A DNA stretch of 12,862 nt from Patescibacteria group bacterium (GTDB taxonomy: Bacteria; Patescibacteriota; Minisyncoccia; Phycocordibacterales; JBBUBG01), in contig JAZKIQ010000001.1 in assembly GCA_040384765.1 (NCBI GenBank), forward strand, positions 54,374 through 67,235. Reading direction: 5' to 3'. Of this stretch, positions 5,651 to 12,862 are shown piece after piece; position 1 is the first letter of the stretch, and each line of letters opens with the position of its first letter. The translations under genes and the position numbers were made by a program. The notes beneath the pieces are model-generated. The model made no database searches, was not told the origin of the DNA, and saw nothing but the letters and a program-made list of their open reading frames with translations.

Positions 5651-8191
5651 CTATTTCTTCTTGAACATTTTCTTCAGATAGGCACCTGTATAGGAGTCTG
5701 GGTTGTTTGCTACCTCTTCCGGGGTACCTTTTGCCACAAGCTTGCCGCCATGTATCCCGCCTTCCGGCCCCATATCTACAAGGTAGTCAGCAGACTTTAC
5801 GATATCCATATTGTGCTCGATCAGAACAACGCTGTTCCCCTTCTGTACAAGTTTTTGAAGTATATCCAGAAGATTGCGTACATCTTCGTAGTGAAGACCT
5901 ATCGACGGCTCGTCGAGAAGGTAGATCGTCTTTTCGGTATGGCGCCGATACAGCTCGGAAGAGATTTTTACTCGCTGGGACTCACCACCCGAGAGGGTTG
6001 TAGCGGACTGGCCAAGCTCGAGATAGCCGAGCCCTACATCCTCGAGCGATGAGAGGCGATCGTGTATCGCAGGAATATCAGCAAAAAAGCCTACTGCCTC
6101 TTCGACTGTCAGGCGGAGAACTTCGTGAATATTTTTGCCTTTGTAGGTGACCTCGAGCGTCTCCTTGTCGAAGCGCTTGCCGCGACACACATCGCACGGC
6201 ACATACACCGTAGGCAAAAAGTGCATCTCTACAGCTATCTCGCCGTTGCCCTCGCACGTCTCGCATCTGCCGCCACGTACGTTAAAGGAGAAGCGTGAGG
6301 CCTTCCAGCCGCGAAGCTTTGCCTCAGGAGTGGCTGCAAACATGTCGCGAATGTGTGTCCAGGTACCGGTGTAGGTGGCAGGGTTGGAGCGAGGAGTGCG
6401 CCCAATCGGCGATTGATCGATAAGGATAGTGCGTGAAAGGTATTCTGCACCAAAAAACTCTTTGCAGTTGATCTTCTCATCCGTGCGTGCTCGCCGCTCA
6501 AAACGAGCTTCGAGGTTTTTGTGCAAGATCTCATACATAAGTGACGACTTACCTGAGCCCGACACACCAGTGATCACAACAAACTTTCCGAGAGGAATGT
6601 CGACGTTGAGATTTTTGATATTGAATATGTTGCCTCCGCGAATTTTGAGCTCACCTTTCTCTTTGGTGCGCCGTTCGGGCAGCTCAATCTTTCGATCACC
6701 ACGCAGATAGTCGAGGGTGAGCGAGCCGCTGGTGTTCTTTTTTGCCGTAAGCAGCTTGTCGATATAGTCTGCTACCACGATCTCTCCCCCGTGGACTCCG
6801 GCTCCAGGGCCAATATCAACAAGAAAATCAGAAGCAAAAATAGTATCTTCATCATGCTCTACAACCACGATCGTATTGCCAAGGTCGCGCAGCTTGGTGA
6901 GGGTTTCGATAAGCCTATCGTTATCGCGTGAGTGGAGACCGATAGTTGGCTCATCGAGTACGTAGAGCGCGCCCACAAGCGACGAGCCAAGCTGTGATGC
7001 GAGGCGGATGCGCTGGGCTTCCCCACCAGAGAGTGTGTTAGCCCGCCTATCGAGTGCAAGGTAGTCGAGGCCAACGTCGAGCATAAATTTCAGGCGGTCC
7101 TCAATCTCTTTGGTTACGACGGCAGAGATGTTTTTATCGCGCTCAGACAGCTTGAGAGCTGTAAAAAAAGCGTAGGCATCTTTGATGGAAAGCGCGGCTA
7201 CTTCAACCACATTCTTTTTCCCCACGAGAACGTGGAGGGCCTCTTCACGAAGACGCTTGCCATGACAGGTCTCGCAGGGCAGATCGTCAAAAAAATCTTT
7301 GGTGCCAAGGCCGTGGCATGTTGGACATGCACCATAGGGAGAGTTGAACGAAAACAGACGAGGCTCTACTTCTACAAAAGAGAATCCATCGCGTGGACAG
7401 GTAAACTTTGTCGAGAGCAGCATCTCCTCGCGCTCTTTTCCATTTTTAAAGATAAGCTTAAGCACGCCATCGGACTCTGCGAACGCTCTCTCCATTCCCT
7501 CTACGAGCCGCTCATGGAAATCTTTCGCGTTATCTTTGTATTCACCCGGAGCAATCGTGTCTATCAGCAAGTCGATCTCATGCTTCTTATTTTTGTCGAG
7601 CACAATCTGCTCGCGGAGAGACTGGCGCTTTCCATCTACCTCTACCTGTGAATATCCTTTTCCGAGGAGATCGTAGAGAAGCTGGTAATACTCGCCCTTG
7701 CGACCACGAACAATAGGAGCGAGAAGATCGAAGGAGTCTACCCCTCCTTTTTTCGCCTTAAGTCGCTCACTGATCACGGTAACAATCTCGTCATTTGAAA
7801 GCTTCTCGATCTCAAGTCCACACACGAGACAGTGCGGCTTTCCAATGCGTGCGTATAAGACGCGAAGGTAGTCGTAGATCTCGGTGATCGTAGCAACAGT
7901 GGAGCGAGGGTTTCCTGAACGAGAGGTCTGGTCGATAGAGATGGCAGGCGAAAGACCGGTGATTTCATCAACATCTGGCTTTTGCATCTGTCGCAAAAAC
8001 TGCCGAGCGTACGAAGAGAGCGACTCCACGTAGCGCCGCTGACCTTCGGCAAAAATCGTGTCAAAGGCAAGAGACGACTTTCCAGAGCCGGAAAGCCCAG
8101 TAAACACAATCATCTTGTTGCGCGGGAACTCAAGATTGATGTTCTTGAGGTTATGCGTGCGAGCGCCGCGTATGCGAATTTTGTCGTCCAT
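5651..8191 (-). CDS. uvrA: Excinuclease ABC subunit A, 846 aa, lacking the insertion domain
   Basis: [12 protein letters not shown]; two Walker A motifs ([18 protein letters not shown]); LSGGE signatures; LDEP Walker B; Zn-binding CxxC motifs. Start set at ATG 8191 (MDDKI). Confidence 0.98.
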   Translation of the reverse strand: MDDKIRIRGARTHNLKNINLEFPRNKMIVFTGLSGSGKSSLAFDTIFAEGQRRYVESLSSYARQFLRQMQKPDVDEITGLSPAISIDQTSRSGNPRSTVATITEIYDYLRVLYARIGKPHCLVCGLEIEKLSNDEIVTVISERLKAKKGGVDSFDLLAPIVRGRKGEYYQLLYDLLGKGYSQVEVDGKRQSLREQIVLDKNKKHEIDLLIDTIAPGEYKDNAKDFHERLVEGMERAFAESDGVLKLIFKNGKEREEMLLSTKFTCPRDGFSFVEVEPRLFSFNSPYGACPTCHGLGTKDFFDDLPCETCHGKRLREEALHVLVGKKNVVEVAALSIKDAYAFFTALKLSERDKNISAVVTKEIEDRLKFMLDVGLDYLALDRRANTLSGGEAQRIRLASQLGSSLVGALYVLDEPTIGLHSRDNDRLIETLTKLRDLGNTIVVVEHDEDTIFASDFLVDIGPGAGVHGGEIVVADYIDKLLTAKKNTSGSLTLDYLRGDRKIELPERRTKEKGELKIRGGNIFNIKNLNVDIPLGKFVVITGVSGSGKSSLMYEILHKNLEARFERRARTDEKINCKEFFGAEYLSRTILIDQSPIGRTPRSNPATYTGTWTHIRDMFAATPEAKLRGWKASRFSFNVRGGRCETCEGNGEIAVEMHFLPTVYVPCDVCRGKRFDKETLEVTYKGKNIHEVLRLTVEEAVGFFADIPAIHDRLSSLEDVGLGYLELGQSATTLSGGESQRVKISSELYRRHTEKTIYLLDEPSIGLHYEDVRNLLDILQKLVQKGNSVVLIEHNMDIVKSADYLVDMGPEGGIHGGKLVAKGTPEEVANNPDSYTGAYLKKMFKKK

Positions 8192-8200
8192 CTTTTCAAA

Positions 8201-8303
8201 AATTACAAATCCCAAATACTAAATTCCAGAAAAATTCCAACTTTCAATCTAGCAATTACAGCTTTAAATTTTATTATTATCTGGAATTTGGTGCTTAGGA
8301 GTT
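8201..8303. repeat. AT-rich heptamer-armed inverted repeat in the uvrA leader
   Basis: Tandem ATTACAA ATCCCAA ATACTAA ATTCCAG. Positions 8210-8230 are complementary to 8280-8300 at 17/21 nt. Confidence 0.7.
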
Positions 8304-8352
8304 ACCCAAACAGATAACCTCCTCCGGTTGGCCGTAGGGGTATGTATGGATC

Positions 8353-8381
8353 ACTCTACTCTGTTTGTGCAAAACACGCAA
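8353..8381 (-). promoter_or_regulatory. Candidate uvrA promoter TTGCGT-N17-TAGAGT
   Basis: Minus strand reads TTGCGT gttttgcacaaacagag TAGAGT. The -35 sits within the palindrome AACAC-N6-GTGTT (8373-8388). Confidence 0.45.
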
Positions 8382-8438
8382 AAGTGTTCTAATCTCTTTC
8401 AGACCTCGTCACCCGATCTCGCACAAAAAAGGAGCGTC

Positions 8439-8639
8439 ATGCGAGCTCAGGACTACCTCGTCTTTGGACTTTTCATGCTGTTTGGGGCTCTCGGAGCAGC
8501 TTTTGCACCTTACGCCCCCAAGCTTGCGGCAGTACTCATGCTGACGACACTCGTTTTTGGGATCGTCGGAGTGCTGATGATCATTGCCGCACGTTCGGGT
8601 CGCGCGAGCATGCGGGGCCAGAGAGAAGATGAAGAATAA
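8439..8639 (+). CDS. Orphan 66-aa membrane protein with two predicted TM helices
   Basis: Start moved to ATG 8439 (AAGGAG 4 nt upstream). Two hydrophobic stretches and a charged C-tail; terminator downstream. Confidence 0.7.
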   Translation: MRAQDYLVFGLFMLFGALGAAFAPYAPKLAAVLMLTTLVFGIVGVLMIIAARSGRASMRGQREDEE

Positions 8640-8652
8640 CCACCGAGGACAG

Positions 8653-8691
8653 AAGGGGCGGACCGCATACGGTTCCGCCCCTTTCGCTTTT
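8653..8691 (+). terminator. Intrinsic terminator of the 8439 ORF
   Basis: AAGGGGCGGACCG cata CGGTTCCGCCCCTT then TCGCTTTT. Confidence 0.75.
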
Positions 8692-8715
8692 GTACAGGTT
8701 ACTCCTTCTCAAGAT

Positions 8716-8786
8716 ATCACAGGTTCTTTTTTGCTAAAAAGCCCCGCGATCCCGCCTCGCGCCGTCGCGCTCCGGCTCAATCTTGC
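8716..8786 (-). other. Structured non-coding element downstream of uvrB (terminator-like, two alternative folds)
   Basis: Fold 1 is AGCC..CGCGA/TCGCG..GGCT followed by Ts. Fold 2 is ATCGCGGG g CTTTTT agca AAAAAG aa CCTGTGAT. Confidence 0.5.
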
Positions 8787-8790
8787 TCGT

Positions 8791-10851
8791 TTATCTCTCA
8801 AGATTGCCAAGTGGCCTCTTCCTTTTTGGCTTTTTAGGCATTGAGGCTTCGATCTCTTTGATCTCATCGCGTAGAAGTGCCGCTGATTCAAAATCGAGCA
8901 GCTTCACCGCCTCTTCCATCTCTTGCCTCTTTATCTCGATAAGCTTCTCCGGGTCTTTCTCAAGCATCGTGCGATCGAGCTTGAGCATCTCCTTGAGTGT
9001 CTTTTTGTGCTCGCTCTCCATCTCTTCAGTGATGTCGTGAATACGCTTTACGATCGTTTTTGGCGTAATGCCATGCTTTGTGTTGTACGCCACCTGGATC
9101 GTGCGGCGACGATTCGTCTCTTTTATCGCAGCATCAATCGAACCGGTCATTACGTCCGCATAGAGAATGACATGCCCTGCCACATTGCGCGCTGCACGGC
9201 CAATAGTCTGAATCAGTGATGTCTCGGAACGAAGAAAGCCCTCTTTGTCCGCATCGAGAATGCCGATAAACGACACCTCGGGAAGATCGAGCCCTTCGCG
9301 AAGAAGGTTTACGCCCACCACAGCATCAAACGTCCCTTTTCGAAACTCGGTAAGAATCTTGATCCGATCAAGCGTTTTGATCTCACTATGGAGATACTCT
9401 GCCTTTATGCCGCGCTCTTTAAGGTATGTCGAAAGGTCTTCTGCCATCTTCTTGGTAAGTGTTGTCACGATCGACCGCTCATTTTTGGCAGTCGTCTTTA
9501 CAATCTCCTCAATCACATCTACGATCTCCCCCTTGTACGCTCCTTTTTCAGCTACTGGGCGAATTTCGATCTGCGGGTCGATGAGGCCAGTCGGGCGAAT
9601 GATCTGCTCCACAACCTGCGTCGAATGCTCGCGCTCGTAGTCGCCAGGAGTCGCCGAAGTGTAGATCGTCTCTCCGATGCGTGATTCAAATTCGGTAAAC
9701 GTCAGCGGACGGTTGTCCGCAGCAGAAGGGAGACGAAAACCGTGCTCGATGAGGGTCTTTTTGCGCGACTGGTCGCCGCCATACATACCACCGATCTGTG
9801 GGATCGTGACGTGCGACTCATCGATGATCGTAAGGAAGTCGGGCGACCCATCAGCCTTGTGGGGAAAGTACGAGATAAGCGTATCGGGAGGCGAGCCAGC
9901 CGGGCGCATGGCGAGCTGGCGAGAGTAGTTTTCAATACCAGAGCAGTAGCCGATCTCGCGGATCATGGCGAGGTCGTAGTTGGTGCGCCGCTCAATGCGC
10001 TCTGCCTCGAGAAGCAGGCCTTGGGCGCGAAACTTAGCAAGCTGGTCGTCGAGCTCGAGCTTTATACTCGTGAGAGCATGCTCAAGCTGATTCTTGTCGG
10101 TAATGAAATGTTTTGCGGGAAAAAGAAATACGGAATCTACCTCTTTTTCAATACGATGCGAGACAGGATCAACTTTCAAAATCTCCTCTACCGTACCACT
10201 CGGTGAGAGCTTCACCATAAAGATAGTCTCCTCTCCCATCGGCATGATCTCGATCGACTGGCCGATAGCTCGGAATGAGCCAGTAGTAAGGTCGGCGTTG
10301 GTGCGCTCGTAGAAGATGCCGACCAGCTTCTGCAAAAACTCAAGCCGGCCGATCTTCATCCCCTTTATGATCTTGAAGTTCTCCTTCTCGTACTCTGCAG
10401 GCGAACCAAGGCCGTAGATACAGGAGACGGAGGCCACAATAATTACATCCTTGCGGGTAAGGAGCGACTGGGTAGAAGCGTGGCGAAGGCGATCGATCTC
10501 TTCGTTGATCTGAGCATCTTTTTCGATATAGGTGTCCGTCACCGGCATATACGCCTCTGGCTGGTAGTAGTCGTAATACGACACAAAGTAGTGGACGGCG
10601 TTTTCAGGGAAGAAATATTTGTACTCTTGGGCGAGCTGAGCGGCCAGGGTCTTGTTGTGCGCGATCACAAGCGTAGGCTTCTGAATCTGGTTGATCACAT
10701 TTGCACCCGTGAACGTCTTGCCGGAACCAGTGACACCAAGAAGTGTCTGGTGGCGCATCCCCTCTTTGACCCCACGCACCAAAGCCTCGATCGCTTTTGG
10801 CTGATCGCCCGCTGGCTGCATCTCGGTGCGTAATTTAAAGGAGTTTGACAT
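8791..10851 (-). CDS. uvrB: Excinuclease ABC subunit B
   Basis: PAGDQPKAI, Walker A GVTGSGKT, beta-hairpin YYDYYQPEAY, DESH, QTIGRAARN, and C-terminal UVR motif LDFESAALLRDEI. Confidence 0.99.
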   Translation of the reverse strand: MSNSFKLRTEMQPAGDQPKAIEALVRGVKEGMRHQTLLGVTGSGKTFTGANVINQIQKPTLVIAHNKTLAAQLAQEYKYFFPENAVHYFVSYYDYYQPEAYMPVTDTYIEKDAQINEEIDRLRHASTQSLLTRKDVIIVASVSCIYGLGSPAEYEKENFKIIKGMKIGRLEFLQKLVGIFYERTNADLTTGSFRAIGQSIEIMPMGEETIFMVKLSPSGTVEEILKVDPVSHRIEKEVDSVFLFPAKHFITDKNQLEHALTSIKLELDDQLAKFRAQGLLLEAERIERRTNYDLAMIREIGYCSGIENYSRQLAMRPAGSPPDTLISYFPHKADGSPDFLTIIDESHVTIPQIGGMYGGDQSRKKTLIEHGFRLPSAADNRPLTFTEFESRIGETIYTSATPGDYEREHSTQVVEQIIRPTGLIDPQIEIRPVAEKGAYKGEIVDVIEEIVKTTAKNERSIVTTLTKKMAEDLSTYLKERGIKAEYLHSEIKTLDRIKILTEFRKGTFDAVVGVNLLREGLDLPEVSFIGILDADKEGFLRSETSLIQTIGRAARNVAGHVILYADVMTGSIDAAIKETNRRRTIQVAYNTKHGITPKTIVKRIHDITEEMESEHKKTLKEMLKLDRTMLEKDPEKLIEIKRQEMEEAVKLLDFESAALLRDEIKEIEASMPKKPKRKRPLGNLER

Positions 10852-10873
10852 AACGTAAAATCCACTTTAGCAT
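10845..10873 (+). promoter_or_regulatory. Promoter TTGACA-N17-TAGCAT for the 10903 ORF, overlapping the uvrB start codon
   Basis: TTGACA at 10845-10850 and TAGCAT at 10868-10873. Confidence 0.7.
10864..10872 (-). promoter_or_regulatory. Extended -10 TGcTAAAGT for uvrB
   Basis: Located 12 nt before the uvrB ATG, with no SD. Confidence 0.55.
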
Positions 10874-10902
10874 CACGAAAGAGTGAAAGGAAGGTACTCA
10901 GA

Positions 10903-11148
10903 ATGCGTGCAAGTTCTCGGATTGAGTACTGGAGCAATGATAACTACACCGTCCTCAAGGTGCTGATCATCACCTTCAATTACGAACTACCCATGGAAAG
11001 GATGCGGCACCTCATTGGTAAACACTACAAGAAAGGCGCTCGCCTCTCTCTGTTCTGCGGCGAGGGTTCAGCGACGCTTGAGCAGGTGGAGATCTCGCAA
11101 CTGATCCGAAGAAGTGCTGTTCCCGAAGGGAAACGAATCATTCCTTAG
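10903..11148 (+). CDS. Orphan 81-aa hypothetical protein
   Basis: AAGGAAGG lies 8 nt before the ATG, with a consensus promoter upstream and a hairpin downstream. Confidence 0.65.
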   Translation: MRASSRIEYWSNDNYTVLKVLIITFNYELPMERMRHLIGKHYKKGARLSLFCGEGSATLEQVEISQLIRRSAVPEGKRIIP

Positions 11149-11159
11149 CTAGAGCTTCG

Positions 11160-11183
11160 GCGCCCGATCACCTGATCGGGCGC
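11160..11183. terminator. GC hairpin between convergent genes (no U-tract)
   Basis: GCGCCCGATCA cc TGATCGGGCGC, a perfect 11-bp inverted repeat. Confidence 0.5.
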
Positions 11184-11251
11184 TCGCTATATATGCTACT
11201 CCAACATTCAAAATGTACTGCCGAGTAAGCAGCGCACGCAGTCACATTGAT

Positions 11252-12862
11252 CTATTCCGCGACAGGAACTTCAGTTGCTTCGGGAGCCTCTGGGGTTTCT
11301 GGTGGAGCCTCTGAGGCTGCCTCCTCCACCGCCACGGGTCCCGTGATAGTAACGGTTCGAGTCACCTGCGTTGCCTTATTGCCCGCACTGTCAGTGGCGT
11401 CGTAGGTGATGATATGGTCGCCAACAGTGTTGGTATCAACTTCTGCTCCCACTGCCTGAACCCCGAGATTAGAATTTACGTTGTCAGCAACTGTGGCCCC
11501 AGGATCGATAAATGAGACTCCCTTTTCAAGCGTGATGTGCGCTGCGCCGATAAGCGTAATGACTGGAGCCTCTGTATCGATCGGTTCTTCGCCCACTACT
11601 GACTGAGCTGGTGGTTCAGACGGCACAGAAACAGAAGATGGCACGGTTGTACATTCGCCTGCTGTCGGCGTAAGGACTCCCCCCTTCAATACAACACAGT
11701 AGGGAGCACCGGTATCAACATCAAACAGAGTAACCCCAGACGGCTTCTCGGGTGATCCAATTTTGAACGTTTCAACAGCAAGATTTTTGATATAGGTGAT
11801 GCCATTCGAGAAGAGAATTCCAAGATCCGAAAGCATTGTGCCCGTCGATGATCCGAGTGTACCTGCTACCGCAGAGAGTCCTGCGATACCAAGCTGCATT
11901 TTCTCGATCTGACTTTGCTGAGCCTTAATACCCGCAAGAGCGAACGAAGAAAGCTTGTAGATATCGACACCTTTGCCATCGCTTGAAAGCACCTCTTCTG
12001 GCGCCTCCTCAGCAATGAGTCCGAGGCGCAAGGTGCTCGTGGCCGATTCTGACTTGTATCGATAGGTAGCGACAGATGTATTTTTTACTTTCTCCAAAAT
12101 ACCCGCCTCTTCATCCTCGGTGAGATGCTCGATATCTTTCTTCGAAGCCTCGGTCGAAATGTTGATAAAGCCTGTTGCTGCAATGTCGCCGCCCACGATC
12201 AGCTTGTGGGTTGAGGTGGCGACAGTACTGGTGCCGATAGTGACCACACCACTATTCCAGATGGTAAGCGGCGAGGTGGTACCGAAGGCGAGGTTACCAG
12301 AGAAATCTACTCGGATCACAGGATCAGTGGAGGTGGCATAGTCGTTCTGGATCGCAGCGGTCGTGGAAGCAAGTTGTTGGATGGCACGCACGGAGTGAGA
12401 CAAAATTGCCGTTGGATCAATACGCAAGAATGGGTCATTCGACAACTGAAACACTGCTTCAGGAATAACCCGCTGAAGATCCTGGGCGATGAATCCGAAG
12501 CGCTTCTGGGTTGGCTCGGTGATATAGGCAAATGATGCGGGAGAGATCTGACCAAGGATATCAAGTGAATTGCCGCCAAGATATTCGATATCTTGCTTGA
12601 GGCGGGCGTCGGAGGAGATGCCGTTGCCGCCGATTGGACCTGCGGGCTGAACCAGGGCGCCGGAGAAAGCGATATCATTCGCATTAGCTCCGTAGAGAAT
12701 CCACCCGGCATCAGTTCCATCAGCGCCATATCGTGTATTCACAAAGTCTGTGGTCCCGTTCATATCTACAACCGCCGTGAGGGAAAAGGTACAGGCATTT
12801 AATGCATAACAAGGCTGAAACTGATAATCCAGTAACGAGGAGTCGTTTTTTCGCAGCTGAAC
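11252..12862 (-). CDS. C-terminal part of a large fibre/adhesin-like protein: C1q-like segment, two peptidase-S74 intramolecular-chaperone domains, DUF5011-type Ig-like domain, Pro/Glu tail (5' truncated)
   Basis: The frame stays open from 12763 to the window edge (VQLRKNDSS...TFSLTAVVDMNGTTDFV...FSGALV). Motifs SDARLKQDI...GFIAQDLQRVIPEAV, STEASKKDI...GLIAEEAPEEV and DTEAPVITLIG...DPGATVADNV...YDATDSAGNKATQVTRTVTI. Confidence 0.85.
   Translation of the reverse strand, partial: VQLRKNDSSLLDYQFQPCYALNACTFSLTAVVDMNGTTDFVNTRYGADGTDAGWILYGANANDIAFSGALVQPAGPIGGNGISSDARLKQDIEYLGGNSLDILGQISPASFAYITEPTQKRFGFIAQDLQRVIPEAVFQLSNDPFLRIDPTAILSHSVRAIQQLASTTAAIQNDYATSTDPVIRVDFSGNLAFGTTSPLTIWNSGVVTIGTSTVATSTHKLIVGGDIAATGFINISTEASKKDIEHLTEDEEAGILEKVKNTSVATYRYKSESATSTLRLGLIAEEAPEEVLSSDGKGVDIYKLSSFALAGIKAQQSQIEKMQLGIAGLSAVAGTLGSSTGTMLSDLGILFSNGITYIKNLAVETFKIGSPEKPSGVTLFDVDTGAPYCVVLKGGVLTPTAGECTTVPSSVSVPSEPPAQSVVGEEPIDTEAPVITLIGAAHITLEKGVSFIDPGATVADNVNSNLGVQAVGAEVDTNTVGDHIITYDATDSAGNKATQVTRTVTITGPVAVEEAASEAPPETPEAPEATEVPVAE

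Noticed and set aside
2186-8695. TTTTGTAC following both plus-strand terminators
   Set aside because: There are only two short occurrences, largely explained by the U-tracts.
900-10060. Frequent CTCGAG, TCGA and GATC palindromes
   Set aside because: They are plausibly explained by codon pairs such as Leu-Glu (CTC GAG). Enrichment cannot be tested without a codon-aware model.
5707-10833. Many short alternative-frame and antisense ORFs inside uvrA and uvrB
   Set aside because: They are nested in strongly conserved genes and I saw no independent expression signals.
11252-12862. Prophage
   Set aside because: An S74 domain alone is insufficient. No integrase, capsid, lysis or other phage genes are in the window.

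Overview
Bacterial chromosomal window, most consistent with a Patescibacteria/Parcubacteria (CPR) genome. That assignment is inferred from the reduced gene set, the SD-less core genes and the type of surface protein. The minus strand carries, in transcription order: the 3' part of a large C1q/tandem peptidase-S74/Ig-like fibre protein, uvrB, a uvrA lacking the insertion domain, a shortened uvrC with no HhH domain, a membrane-anchored hypothetical protein, rpsP, khpA and trmD; rimM is absent. Seven small orphan ORFs are interleaved with these core genes. All have strong Shine-Dalgarno sites and most have a -35/-10 promoter and their own terminator, whereas several core genes look leaderless. 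Non-coding features include two related ~90-110 bp hairpin elements with heptamer-repeat arms that contain the stop codons of rpsP and trmD, a third AT-rich heptamer hairpin in the uvrA leader, DnaA-type boxes beside promoters, overlapping divergent promoters and a two-fold RNA element after uvrB. No rRNA, tRNA, CRISPR array, integrase or transposase was seen.
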